From: Eledone cirrhosa
Lineage: Eukaryota
DNA: 64,000 nucleotides
NCBI GenBank assembly: GCA_964016885.1
Contig: OZ024745.1
Coordinates: 36,890,001-36,954,000 of the forward strand
Reading direction: 5' to 3'
This document shows, one piece after another, positions 44,212-57,578 of this stretch. How positions within the stretch are numbered: the first letter of the stretch is position 1; every line of letters begins with the position of its first letter. The translations under genes were made by a program, and so were the position numbers. Under the pieces are notes generated by a model. That model was not told where the DNA came from. It saw only the letters and a list, made by a program, of their open reading frames with translations, and did not search any database.

Positions 44212-44555
44212 AATATAAATTAGCGAGAATCGTATTTCGGCTTTGGAATTAGCGAAAAACAACTTCCGAGATGTGTGGCAAGCGCTCAATAATTCTGACG
44301 AACCAGAGCTACAACATACGTTAAAGACCAAACACACTGAGACGATGGTTAAACCGTCATCCGCACAACCATAGAAACGACCAAGTAATTCGGGTCAAAC
44401 AAATAAAAAAAATATGTGATTGAAAAATTTACCCGGACCCCTGGATGGTTGGTAAAATCCAGCATTTGGGTTTCTGCGACTCCTAAATCAAGTACTGTCC
44501 GCTTAGACAAAAAATGTTAGGCTTCTGGTAAGATGATTGAACAAGGAAGTCACTT

Positions 44556-44633
<78 letters not shown>

Positions 44634-44638
44634 ATATG

Positions 44639-44687
<49 letters not shown>

Positions 44688-44713
44688 GTGTGTGTGTGTG
44701 TATGTATGCATGC

Positions 44714-44744
<31 letters not shown>

Positions 44745-44800
44745 AGGTAATCAGAAATAACAACACAATCGGTACAGTATATGGAAGGAATATATTAGGT

Positions 44801-46488
44801 ACATGTTTACAGTAATACAGAGGTATAAGACAGCTATAGTTATGTACAATCAGATGAAAGAATGGTATTTAACTAATGTATTGGTACGCGATGGCGCCCA
44901 CCCACAGCCCGGCAGACAGAATGGAGAAGGCGTTTCCCCGAAGGACGGCAAGGGAGGCGCGCTGGAAAAGCCACTCCAACTCGCGGGGCTCACACCTGCG
45001 GCTGGCCAGCTCAGCGCCTATGGTGGTGAGTAAGGAGGTAGCCCTGGGGCCGAAGACACCAGAAGTCTCCACTGCCAGCGGAACGACCGCAAACCTGTCG
45101 GAGAGCGACCGGTATTTGAGGAGTTTGGCCCCCTAAAGCCCGACGTGCAGCAGAACCTGGGTCAGTCGCAGACTGCACCAGGTTGCGGCTGCAGAAAGTG
45201 TCGGTACAAGTGGCATCCCAGACGAGGGGTTTGCCACCGCAGAACAGGAAGATGGTCATGCCATCTGGTCTTTTGCCGTCCCCTCGATCCAGCCCCACCG
45301 GCTCCAGCTGGGAAGGGAATCCTGCAGCGTCCAAGCCATGCTTAATGACCTCGGTAAGGGCAGCATGGCGTGGAATGCGGCCGGCACTGTGGAGACAGGA
45401 AAGCGGGTGGAGGCCGAAAGAGTCCACGGTGGAACCGCAGTGACATTGGAGTGGCTGGCAGATCCGGAGGCCGAGCCTCAGGGAAACGCCGATTTGCAGG
45501 CTATGGTTGTCTAGCTGCGTGCCAGTGGAGAAGGCGGGCAGGGCATGGAGCCAGGCACCACTGTGGGATTTGAAGGCCGCACGAAAACAAGCAAGGCGGT
45601 GCTGGTCGAGCTGGCGCGTGAGCCTGTCTGAGGCCAGGCTGCACTAGATGTCATCCCAAGTGCGTTGGGGGGACTTGACGTCAACAGGGGGAGAAGGAGG
45701 AGAGACGTCTACTGGGCTAAGTCCCAGCCGGTCCCACGTCTCACCGGCGGCCTCACGTTCTCTGAACACAGAGGTTTCTGTGGTGTTTTGAAGAACCCTG
45801 CTGACGAGGACGCGGCACGAAGTTACCGACGAAAAATACGCCGGCAAAGCTAGTCAGATCGGGGACCGGAGGCCAAGGCCGCCATACCTGACCGGTAAAG
45901 TGGCCTGTTGTCACCCTATGTCGTCAAACTTGACGTTGCATATCCCCTCGGCTGCTGCTCGGATACAAGTATCGATGTCAGCGAGGAGAGATGTCTGGGT
46001 GTAGCATGGAGCGTTACGGGTGTATAGAGGAGCTTGGGCATGGCGAAGCAGTTCCTCAGCAGAAAGAGAGCTGGGTGGCCGTCAATCAAGTCCAGTCGGC
46101 TCGTGAGAGTCTGGAGCTGTTGAAGCCTGGACCTGATGGTGGAGCGGATGGTCGGCGGGTGGATCGGTGACCCGAGGATGAGGACATCCTCTTTGGGGGT
46201 CACCTGAACCTGGCGGAGAATGGACCGCACGTCCAAGACGGAGGCTGCAAAGCTCTCAGCATCGAGGCTGACGTTCACCACCTCCGACTTGGCCGAGTTG
46301 ACCTGGAGGCCGATTCCCGCTAGGGCAGGTATCACCGATTGAAGGTCTTGGTAGACCGTCCGTATGGGCCCGCCCAACGTAGCATCATCCAGATACCAAA
46401 CATTGAGAGGGGTCGTGATACTCCGGGCAATGTGGTCAATACCAAGGGCCAACAGGAGGGGTCCCAAAGAGTCGCCCTGTTTGACCCC
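44801..46488 (-). mobile_element. 5'-truncated CRE-clade non-LTR retrotransposon (RT plus RLE), frameshifted
   Basis: GVKQGDSLGPLLLAL...WYLDDATLGG, LFLLRNCFAMPKLLY, HPLSC...RHAAL...EPVGLDRGDGKRPDG...WDATCTDT. Markedly GC-rich relative to its flanks. Confidence 0.92.
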
Positions 46489-46550
46489 TAACGCTTGAAA
46501 TAGCAGGAAGAGGGTCTTTACGTTTCTCTCTCTCTATACATATATATATA

Positions 46551-46996
46551 TATAGGAAAATGTTTAACCCCGACGGCAGAGCTCAAGCCGTTTCGACGGC
46601 TGTTTCTGGACTCTACTACCCTAAGTATTGAGTACTCTGGTGCATTATGGTCCATCTGGTTTTACTACACTTCCTTCGTTATATATATAAACAGAAATAA
46701 CAACACAATCGGTACAGTATAAGGAAAGGATATATTAGGTTAACGCTTGATATAGCAGGAAGATATAGCAGGAAGATATATATAACGAAGATATATATAA
46801 CGAAGGAGGTGTGGTAAGGAACCAGATGGACCATAACGCACCAGAGTACTCAATACTTAGGTTAGTAGAGTGGGTTATAGGAAAAAGTTTAACCCTGACG
46901 GCAGAGCTCAAGCCGTTTCGACGGCTATCTCTGGACTCCAGAAATACCCGTCGAAACGGCTTGAATTCTGCCGTCGGGGTTAAACTTTTTTCTCTC

Positions 46997-47048
<52 letters not shown>

Positions 47049-47118
47049 TGTTTTAGTCCAGAAATAGCCGTCGAAACGGCTTGAGCTCTGCCGTCGGGGT
47101 CCTGAACCTTCTCCTATA
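46551..47118. repeat. Cluster of family A fold-back elements
   Basis: Repeated CCCCGACGGCAGAGCTCAAGCCGTTTCGACGGCT in both orientations, with a full hairpin at about 46876-46996. Confidence 0.85.
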
Positions 47119-47165
47119 TATATATATATAATATAAGATCAAAACATGGTTAAAAGAGTTCCAAG

Positions 47166-47236
47166 TATTTTATTATGCGCATTTCTAAAACAAATATCAT
47201 CATGGGATGACATCTGCGTTCTCATCAGATAAAATA
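47166..47236 (-). ncRNA. Type I hammerhead ribozyme in PLE pLTR
   Basis: TATTTTAT-CTGATGA-gaacGCAGATGTCATC ccat GATGATATTTGTttta-GAA-ATGCGCAT-A-ATAAAATA, giving an 8-bp stem I, a long stem II and a palindromic stem III. Confidence 0.85.
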
Positions 47237-48128
47237 GGGAGACATGATATGAAGCTTAAAAAACACTTGTGAATAGTGAAGTTTTAAATCAACATATGAA
47301 AAATAAATTAAGATTGATGTATGAGATTGGGAAAAAGTGAGGGGGGGGGGGTTGGAAAAGGTAAGGAAGAGGAAGAAATAAGAGTAAAGGATGGGAGGAC
47401 TATAAGAAGGAAGGATGAGAGAGGAGGAGAGATGGGTGATAGAGAGAGAGAGATAGCCTTTGCAACTGAGAAAAAAATATTGTCTCACAGAGAGAAATTA
47501 AAAAGCCGTTGGAAGATAATAGATAATTTAAAAGATTTTGAAATTAAAATTTAATGAGGTTTATGCATGAAGAAAAAGGAATTAAGAATAGTGTTTGTAT
47601 ATTGAAGGGTTTAATAATATGTGCGAAGGGTTTAATAATATGTGCGAAGAAAAGAATTTATTAATATGTATTATTAAAATTAAAATATTAATGATATTAA
47701 GGATATAATGTGAAAAGAAGGAGAAGAATGAATGAGTTATGAATTTAGCGGAATTAGTTAGGGTTTAAGTTTGTTTTTATGTAATGTAATATGTGTACGT
47801 AAATAGTTTGTTTAAAATGAGCGCGGAAGAAAAGAAGAAAAGAATGTTTAAGGAAGAAAATATCTAACATCAAAAAGTATATATGTTTACGAAATATTTT
47901 CTAATGGTAATAATATAATATATTAAAAGAAATTAGTTAGGGTTTAAGTTTGTTTTTATGTATTGTAATATGTAAAAGTCAAATTAAGTAGTAGGTTTAA
48001 AACGAGCATGAAAGGATGGAAGAGATATAAAAAATTTAAGGAAGAAAAAAATCTAACGTCAAAAGTTTATGTTTACGAAGGACTTCTAATGGTAATATTA
48101 TAATGTATTAAAAAAATAATTTGTATGG

Positions 48129-50290
48129 TCAATGATATGAGGAAAGATGGAAGAATGGATAATGTTGTGGTGAGTAATAATATGAATTGAGAAGTAGGCA
48201 GAGATTACATGTTCTGGACAGGGAAGAATTCAGGTAAGGAAAGGCGGAACAAACCTTCCTCCAAGAGATGTTATAGTTAATATTTTTGTCTTTCAAGGAC
48301 CATATGAGTTCTGAGAGTGCCGTGTTAGTTCTTTTAAGTTGGTATTGAAAAGACGAATTGTGATTATAAAATCTAGCTTTGAAGGAAGTGGAACCGAAAT
48401 AGGTAAAAGAATTGGTATCAGTTATAACCTTACATTCATAGACTAAATTTTTATCAAGACAATGGTTATTAAGAGGACATTTAGTTTTAATAGGGCAATT
48501 ACAATTACGATTAGAGAAATTAACAGAGTTATTAACAAGTGACCTAGTGTTATTTATAGAAGGAATTGGATTGGAGAAGTTATTTACGATAGGAACAATA
48601 GTTTCCTGATTTAGATTGGTATTATGAACATTCAACGAAGTTACGTTTGACGTCGTATTTAAATTTACAGAATCTAGCCTAGAGTTAACAATGAAGTCGG
48701 GTGTACTACTGCTATTATTATGACGCTCAGTGCTGGAAGGATGTGTTTTATTATTTAATATTTTATTGTTGTGTTTAGAGATAATGTTAGAGATGTTGGA
48801 AGTGGTAGAATAAGAAAATTTTATTGTATGTTTGTTAAAGATTTTACTATAGATATGTGAGGGAGGGAAGCATTTATCTAAAGCCCTAAAGAATAGTTTA
48901 GGAATATTATTATTAATAGATATAGAAAAATGAGCATTATACCAGATTATATTTTTGTATCTAGGTCTTTTATTTAAGTTATTGGAATGTTCATAATTAA
49001 TTATTTTACTGTAAGACCTTCTAGGATTAGTTTCTTTACTGTATTTAATTTTATCAGGGTAACCGGCTTTAGAAAGCGCATTATTATAGTAATTGGCGTT
49101 AGCATCGAATATATCTTTATTAGAGGATAGGTTTGAGATTCTTTTTTCAATATTACTGACTATAGCATTTTTAATGTTAGTGTGGTGGTTAGATTTAAAA
49201 TTAATATAATTTAGATTCTCATTGTTTTTATGGTAAGGGTAATATAGGCCAATGTCAGGATTAAGGGATATATCCCAGAAGTTAGCTAGTTTGACGTTGT
49301 TATCAAATTCAATTTTAAGGTTATGGTGATTAAAGAGATCACGTATATTGTTCTTAATAATATTAAGGTTAACTAAGTGGCGCCCACACACATTATTAAC
49401 TATTTGAAAAGATGATGGATTTCGCAACTAACTGCACCAGGGTTCCTGTACAGGGAATTCTGGGGCATGAGAGTGAGATCCATCATCTCGACAGTAGTCG
49501 ACGAATGATGATGATGATGAAGTTGCAGTTTAAGATAGTAAAAAGTCCATCGTCACGATAAATTCCACCGCGAAGTTGAGGAATTTTCCGATTTAAAGAA
49601 TTCAAAATAAAAATACCAATCAAATCAGTCAATTGCGATGAATCGGAAGCACCCATTGTGATATCAAAGTTGTTGGAAGTATCGGCTCTAGTCCAGTATT
49701 CATTGTTGAATTCTAAGATAGTTTTTCTTGCGGTGAGAATGATGTAAAGTTCATCTGTGGTGATGTCAGAATATTTAAATGCGAAAGATAGAGCGTTGTT
49801 GAGAAGTGAAAGCGAAATAGAAGAATAGTAGCTGGCAATATCAAATTGAATAAATTTTTGTTTGTTTTTCTTATTCAGGTTATTGACCCAGCCAATTAAT
49901 TCAGATGTACCAAACCATAAATTTAAGTTAGAAATAGAGCAATTAGAACGAACCTGCGGGATAATTCTATCCAAGATGGCTTTACTAACAACCCCTAGAT
50001 CTGATTTAGAGGGGGCGATTAGTCTAACAGGCAGTTCCGTTCGAAAATTACTTTTATGATCCTTGAGATTTATCCTCGGAGTTCTTGGGAGGAATAGTTC
50101 GGTCTTTTTTTCAATGCCAAGTTTAGACATAATCTCAGAAGCTTCGAAGTTTATACATTCCAAATTGTCATGGTTAGTTTTACGATAATTCTTCCTTAGT
50201 TCCTTAAGGATAAGGTTATTATACTTATCCCTAGATACGCCATATAAATTATTAGCTTTGTCGGAGTGGACTGAGACATTTTTAGAGGAA
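48129..50290 (-). pseudogene. PLE polyprotein: RT, thumb, Cys-rich linker and C-terminal GIY-YIG endonuclease, interrupted near 49430-49520
   Basis: LKDHKSNF...VRLIAPSKSDLGVVSK, FIQFDIASYYSSI, FDITMGASD, GIYRDDGL, NFWDISL, CNCPIKTKCPLNNHCLDKNLVYECKV...YFGST..FKARFYNH...CNLCL. Confidence 0.93.
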
Positions 50291-50510
50291 TTAAGGTTTA
50301 AAATCGTAATCCTGAGATTTAAGGTTTAAAATCGTATTCCTGAGATTCCTGATGATATTTGTTTTTGAAATGCGCATAATAAAATACTTGGAACTCTTTT
50401 AACCATCTTTTGATCTTATATTATTTATACTCCAGTCCTACAAACTGTAGAGTGCTACTTATCCGATATTTGCATTGCTTTATTGTGGTACAATAAAACT
50501 CACCTCCTAC

Positions 50511-50623
<113 letters not shown>

Positions 50624-50808
50624 GTCAGCTGGGCATTGGAGGAGAAACATCAAAACCCACCCACGATACATCACACGTTGAACAATAACTGTCTGATAAG
50701 GTCGTATTTATTATATAATAGATACCAATGAAATATATATAACAGAAATAAATATAAATAAAATTATGTAAAATTCAAATTCATTGACTTATTTATTTTA
50801 ATATATAC

Positions 50809-50940
<132 letters not shown>

Positions 50941-51554
50941 AAATAAAGAAGTCAGTGTATTTGAATTTACATCATTTTATTGATTACTTATATATATAAA
51001 CATCCGTTTCAAAATTCAATACTTTTTTAGTTCATTCAAATAATATCTCTTTCAAAATTATTCCTCAAAATATTATGGTAACAATATTCATTGAAACTTT
51101 TTTATTCACATACTTTGTCAATATTTTAAAAATAATTTCTTCTATGACATTTTTCCTGCAATTCGTTTAAAATGTTTAATTATTCATATATTTTTTAACG
51201 CTCTGTGATGAATCTTGCAAATATAACACACAAAATAATTAAATACTACGATACAAAAAGTAATGGACTAACAGAAACAGTCACATCATTCTCGATCTTA
51301 TAATTCAGGAAATACTTTTTAGAACCATAAGCCAGGTTCCCTCATAACCTTATACACTTTGATATGGTTGTATAGAGCTGGTCATTTCCGAAGCACTTAT
51401 TACGCGTGGTTACCAATAAAATGATGAATTGTAACTTTGATCTCTCTCTATAATTCTGCACGTTATACCAATAACTTTTACTATTGAGTATCCAGGTACC
51501 ATCTGTAGTAATAATTATTACTCATAAACTGGCAGTGTATATAAATAAATGTGT

Positions 51555-51605
<51 letters not shown>

Positions 51606-51814
51606 CGGTAAACAGAAATAACAAAACAAACGACATGGTAATTGGAAGAAATATATTAGTTTAACGCTTGAAATTGCAGGAAGAGTCTTTCATCAGAAGG
51701 TAGAATTAGAAATAGAAGATACACCCCCTTCTCCCACACACACACACAAAGTTCTTTACCTTTCCATAAAAATTCTCTTATGGAAGTTTAATCCTAACAT
51801 CCATAACAAATACA

Positions 51815-51868
51815 ACAGACTGATGAGCTGCGGAAATAACGATTTCCCCAGTGAAACGCCCGTATTCG
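51815..51868 (+). ncRNA. Hammerhead ribozyme motif (stem I degenerate)
   Basis: CTGATGA-GCTG c GGAAAT aacg ATTTCC c CAGT-GAA-ACG cc CGT-A, followed by a ~70-bp tail to TATATA. Confidence 0.65.
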
Positions 51869-51959
51869 ACAGATGAAAATGATGTGACTGAATGCCTTAC
51901 CAACATTGAATATAAGATATTTTATGAAATTCACTACTATATAATCATTTTATTAAGTA

Positions 51960-52606
51960 CTAGCAGTGGTACCCGGCGTTGCACGGCATAAGGTATTTTG
52001 GAAAGCGGGCCGCCAACAGACCTAATCATGGAAAAACTGCATGCCAGGACAACATGTAAAGAAAATAAACCGAATATTCTGATGGCTGGATAATCTTTAA
52101 GATTTACCTTCGATGAAGCAGGAAAAATGCAGGTTTTCACCTAATACGGGCCCTAGGGGATCAAGAAAATGAATTTTTTTTATGTGCATAATATGCCTTG
52201 AAATTTCGGGAAAATCAGCTAGACGTAACGCCTCAAAAAAGACCTAAAAAGCTAAAAAAATGAAGTCTTTCACCTAATGCGGGCCCTAGGCCATAAAAAA
52301 GTTGGATTTTCTTTGCTCACGGTATGAAGAAGCGACTGATTAATACATAGTTACAATTTCAAGGAAATCGGTCTTCTGTAACGACTAAAAAAAAAATAAA
52401 AAGTTGAAAAAACGTAGTTTTTCACGTAATGCGGGCCCTAGGGGATCAAAAAGTTTGATTTTTTATGTGCATAACACCCCCGGAAACATAAGTAATACAC
52501 ATGTAAAGTTTGAAAAAAATCGGTTGGGTACTTCTCGAGTTTTAGTGATTCAAACTCACAGACACACACGCACACACAGACATCCTCAGTTTTATATATA
52601 TATAGA
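51960..52606 (-). mobile_element. Non-autonomous Helitron
   Basis: Minus strand starts TC(TATATATA...), ends with a CCGTGCAACGCCGGG hairpin-like motif and then CTAG, and sits between A and T with no TSD. Confidence 0.88.
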
Positions 52607-52609
52607 TAA

Positions 52610-53213
52610 ATAACATGACAAATCGTTTGCAATTCTTTCAGAATGAAAATATAAACAGAGCATATAAATAAGTTTATAGTAGAATAAAATAACAAATATG
52701 TTTTAAATATATACATAAATAACATTACAAATGCTTAGACAACATTATAAATAGCTCGCGATTCATTCAGAAAGATACATTCTTTTAATGTTACAATATT
52801 AAAAGAAATGCAAAGGAAGGGGTGAACAACGGAGCCAACACCAGAGCAAAAGACAGCAACGTCGCCTAATGATTTTTGAGGCAAGCCGGCACGCTCGCAG
52901 CGTTGCCTCGGGTGATGGCGAGGCTGATGCGCTGAAACAGCCAAGCGCCCTAGCGAGATTCGCCAGTTACCTCTATTAGGCGAGCCGCCAGTGAAGAGAG
53001 GGAACCTCGCAGTCAGCGGCCCGACTCCCCCAAACGTCTCGAAAGCCATAGGCTGAAAAATGTAGCTGGCCGACAGATCAGAGTATTTGAGGGTCTTACT
53101 CCGCTCGGCTGAGGAAGCTGTGGCTCTCGTCCTAACCGTAGCATCCAGGATGTGGGAAAGAGCAAAAGAGTCACTAACAGTGACGTCCCAGAAAAGGCAC
53201 CTGCCTCTCGACC
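52610..53213 (-). mobile_element. CRE-clade LINE 3' fragment (second family)
   Basis: RGRCLFWDVTVSDSFALSHIL...KYSDLSASYIFQPMAFETFGGVGP and WLFQRISLAITRGNAASV. Confidence 0.85.
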
Positions 53214-53228
53214 GTATATATATATATA

Positions 53229-53576
53229 TACGATATTAACAAATGGAAACTATATTTATAAAACCATATCTATTTCATTATACATATTTCAAGGACACCA
53301 AGTTAAATTATGGTGTGCTTTCATCATATAAAATATAATATAGAGCAGTTTTATAAATAAATATTGACATACCCTTAAAGAATGCAACCATTACTGTTGG
53401 AAGCTCCCGGATTTAACTTGGTGTCCTTGAAATATGTATAATGAAATAAATACGGTTTTATGAATATAGTTTCCATTTGTTAATATCGTATTTTTACTCC
53501 AATTATTTGTTGAGTGCTTTATATCAGTTATAAAAATATTTGCTTGTTGCATCCCAACAATTTAAATAGAACTTTT

Positions 53577-53582
<6 letters not shown>
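53229..53582 (+). mobile_element. Family B fold-back element, second copy
   Basis: Aligns end to end with 9094-9490 but lacks the internal 68-bp palindrome. Confidence 0.88.
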
Positions 53583-53644
<62 letters not shown>

Positions 53645-54439
53645 GTGATGTGATATATACGTAAATCATGAGCCGTATGGGTGCCATACACGGCGTTTCT
53701 CAGGCATTTTAAAACTGGCGGATCCAATCTCACTCCCAGGTTTGAATACAGCAGACTACTTCCAGAAAAGGACAGATAGAGAGTGAAAGAAAGTGATAAA
53801 GTGATATAGAAGAAGAATCGATTTCAGTACTAGACTTTATTCCTAGAATGGATGAAAGTTGAAGTTGACCTCGGTGGGATTTGAACTCAGAGAGCAGTGA
53901 ACCGGAACGAATGCCGCAAATATTCTATCCGACTTTCTAACGACTCGGCTGCAGCAGCAGTATTAGCAGTAGTAGTAGTAGTAGTAGTAGTAGTTGTTGT
54001 TGTTGTTGTTGTTGCTGTTGCTGTTGCTGTTGTTATCGTCGTCGTTGTTGTTGTTGTTGTTCTACAGATCAGTTCTGATCAATTAAACATATCGCAAGTG
54101 TTCCTGGCATGGCTATCTCGTATTAAGGGTATCTTGGGTTTTATTCAAAATATTATTTTTTAGCATAGTTACGTCCCTTTACGATCTGAGTTCAAATCCC
54201 GCCGAGGTTGACTTTGCCTTTCATCCTTACGGGGTCGATAAAATAAAGTACCAGTAATGCACTGGATAATTGCTGGCCTTGTGCCTAAAGTAGAAACAAT
54301 TATTTTTTAATAGTAGGATGTGATTTAAAGGCGATATAGCTGTTAATGTTTGCAGGTCAAACGTTCTTGACTCAAACGTTGGACAGTATCAAGTGGGGCA
54401 AACAGATTATTATCAGGATTATCTCAAAGGTTCAAGAGA

Positions 54440-54630
54440 TGAAGACTATTGCCGTAGTTTAGACGCAACTGGCTTTCCATCACAAGTTGAACCGCTGGGG
54501 TTAGTCCGAGTGGATCGTGAAAGATCAGATAGCATCACAATCTTCCTGTCATCTTCCGTCATCTGAGACGTAACCAGCACCGATACTTTCTTCAGCATCG
54601 ACATGGTGAATTCAACACCAGAGCCAGTCC
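54440..54630 (+). mobile_element. Old CRE-clade RLE fragment
   Basis: RSLDATGFPSQVEPLGLVRVDRERSDSITIF...*DVTSTDTF parallels HGLDAAGFPSQLEPVGLDRGDGKRPDGMTIF...WDATCTDTF. Confidence 0.75.
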
Positions 54631-55364
54631 ACTCAATTACAAACATTTACAGTAGGTATTTGGTGTGGGTATAACTTCTTCCTTTCCTCTAATGAGTAAC
54701 ATATCAAAGCTTTTATATAAATAGACTTTGAAAGAATAACTAAATTTTGACATGAGTGAGAGAAAAATATAAATGTCTGACGTTAACTCCCTTGCACATT
54801 ATCTCCCCTATCTATGTGTGTTTGTGTAAGTGTGTTCAGAGTAGTCTCCCTTAACTAATAATTGTTGTTTGGTTTAGTGTTAAACAATAAAGGACAAAAG
54901 AGAAGTCACCGATACATAGAAAGTTCACACACACACACAGACACACACACACACACTAACATATTTGCTCATATTTTCACTGGACAATTTTTTCTAAATG
55001 TTGTGTATTTGTATCTATGTAATATTTCTGTTTGGTGATAGATCTGGTCAACAACGGCATAAATAACATTACATATTATTTCTTACTTTTATACTATAAA
55101 AATATAAAATCAATACTTATGAAAATATTAATTCAACACTAAATAATTGTTTCTACTTTTGGCACAGGGCCAGCAATTACCCAGTGCATTACTGGTACTT
55201 TATTATATCGACCCCGTAAGGATGAAAGGCAAAGTTAACCTCGGCGGGATTTGAACTCAGAATGGCAAGGGCCGTAACTATATGTGTCAAAGCATGGCGT
55301 CCGACCCTCTCACCGATACTGCCAATCTACCGCCCTGTGTGTCAATCAAGCGGCACCGAAGAAT

Positions 55365-55490
55365 CCCTCTAATACTTTTTGAAGCAAGCCGACACATTGT
55401 CAGCATTAACGCGGGTGATGGCGAGGCTAACGCATTGGAGCAACCAAGTACCCTCACGAGCAACATCTGACACTTGAGAAAGGCAAGCCA
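55365..55490 (-). mobile_element. Old CRE-clade C-terminal fragment
   Basis: WLLQCVSLAITRVNADNVSACFKKY*. Confidence 0.7.
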
Positions 55491-55962
55491 TCAACGATGA
55501 CTACTTTTGTTATTTTAATTACTGAATACCAAGTTATTTTTATTTTTCTATTTAGATTTTCACTTTGAAATAAAGATGTAAATATCTTGTCAGATTCACT
55601 GTAATCACAGCACAACCAATATAAGAGATGTTGTAGTTGTTCCAACCGCGCGCGTCTGTGTGTCTATGTGTGTAGCACCACTTGTAAATTCTCTTATCAG
55701 TGTGTTCACATGCACAGAGAATCCGATGAAATATTTTAGCTTTCTTATTTTGAACCATAAAATATATTATTCTCTTTTATTCTTTTCCTCGTAACCCTTT
55801 GTTTAGCAAGCTTTCTATAACTGGATTCTCTTCATGTACTGTGTGGCTTTATCATATTTATCGTGTAGATCACCAATACTAGAGAGCTTCTTACACCTTG
55901 ACACAACAGAAAGGTCTTCTCAATTCTTTTTTAGACGCAGATTCTAGTGAGCTGCTCTTCCT

Positions 55963-56262
55963 GTCTCCAACCACCTTACAGGGTCAACCAGGTGCATTTT
56001 CGTGACACCCAACATATATATATATATATACAACCCATGCTAGCATGGAAGATAGACGTTAAACGATGATGATGATGACACACATACACATATATATATA
56101 TACAAACATGCATATATATATCCACATACATACATATGCATTTATATATCATCATCATCATCGTTTAACGTCTACCTTCCATGCTAGCATGGGTTGTATA
56201 TATATATATGTGTTGGGTGTCACGAAAATGCACCTGGTTGACCCTGTAAGGTGGTTGGAGAC
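55963..56262. repeat. Inverted duplication (~115-bp arms) around a CA/TA-rich spacer
   Basis: 55963-56078 is the reverse complement of about 56149-56262. Confidence 0.92.
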
Positions 56263-56736
56263 GGGAGTTGTCCCACTTGAGGCAAGATTGGTCGAGTGAC
56301 GGTGTCTCGCTCGTATAGGACTATCTGGCAGGTTTTTACGGCTGGATGCCCTTCCTAATACCAACCACATTTACAGTGTGGACTGGAAACTTTTTACCGT
56401 GTTACCTACACGGCCACATTACAGCGTGGACTGTAAAAACCCCATTCGGTCACGAATGACCATGGGATTTGCAGCTAGAAAGTTCCTCTCCGAGGCACAA
56501 GTCCAGGCAAGGTTGTTAGTGGAAGACCAGCAGTTGCTCATGCATACCAGCCTCCCCTCTCCACACTACCGATGTTGTCCACGGCTTGGCACCAGTGACA
56601 TCGCAACTCATTTCTACAGCTGAGTGAACTGGAGCAATGTGAAATAAAGTGGCTTGCTCAAGTGCACAACACAAAGCCCAGTCTGAGAATAGAACTCACA
56701 ATCTCATGATTGTAAGCCCGACACTCTAACCACTGA

Positions 56737-56773
<37 letters not shown>

Positions 56774-57578
56774 GTATATACACATATGTATACATGCATA
56801 GACACACGTATGTGTGTGTCTTACTAACACACACACAGACATCTCCATTCTTTCTCAGTGTTGTAAAAGTTACATTTCCAATTGTTTTGTTCAATTTCCA
56901 AAGCCCATAATTCTAAATCTGCATGCAAGATTTGTTTTTTTTTCAATTTAAATCAGATATTTACCCTCAAGATGATATTTGTAATGTCAACGAATATAAA
57001 CAATACCCATTTCTTTATATTCATCATCAACATTTTACGTCCGTTTTTCCCTGCTTGCAAGGGTGGGACGGGAACTGATTCTGGCTTGATTTCTACAGCT
57101 GGATGCCCTTCCTAACACCAACCTCATTTACAGTGAGTGCTGGGTGCTTTTTTGCCGTGGCGCCTACACGCCCACTTTAGTGTGGGCTGGGAACCTTTTT
57201 TGCCGTGGCACCTCCACGACCACTTTACATTTCTACAGCTGAGTAAACTGGAGCAATGTGAAATAAAGTGTCTTGTTTAAGGAAACAACACATCGCCCGG
57301 TCTGAGAATTGAACTCACAACCTTTCGATTGCAAGCCCAATGCTCTAACCACTAAGCCATGTGCCTCCAATTTTATTGACTATAAAAACACAATGTAGTG
57401 TGATTAACATTTTTCTTCATGGTGAGTTTTTGTCATTACTTAATATAATCACTATCGTCATTATCATAGAGTAGATGAAGTGCTTTACAATATTCAATTG
57501 TAACTTCCTATATTATAGGTTCAAATCCCACCACTGTCAAATTTAGCTTTCATCCTCCCAGAGTTGATGAAATAATAA

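Larger units (their letters stand above)
47128..50510 (-). mobile_element. Penelope-like element with inverted terminal pLTR and tail, in (TA)n
   Basis: RT and endonuclease ORF pieces on -. 47128-47203 is inverted relative to 50350-50423, followed by a tail at 50424-50510 and then TA/TG. Confidence 0.93.

Noticed and set aside
44290-44395. CTGACGA...GAAACGACCAAGTA hammerhead candidate
   Set aside because: Stems I-III do not pair adequately.
48129-50290. Selenocysteine-recoded (Naiad-type) PLE
   Set aside because: The endonuclease is C-terminal and I saw no in-frame TGA at conserved Cys positions.
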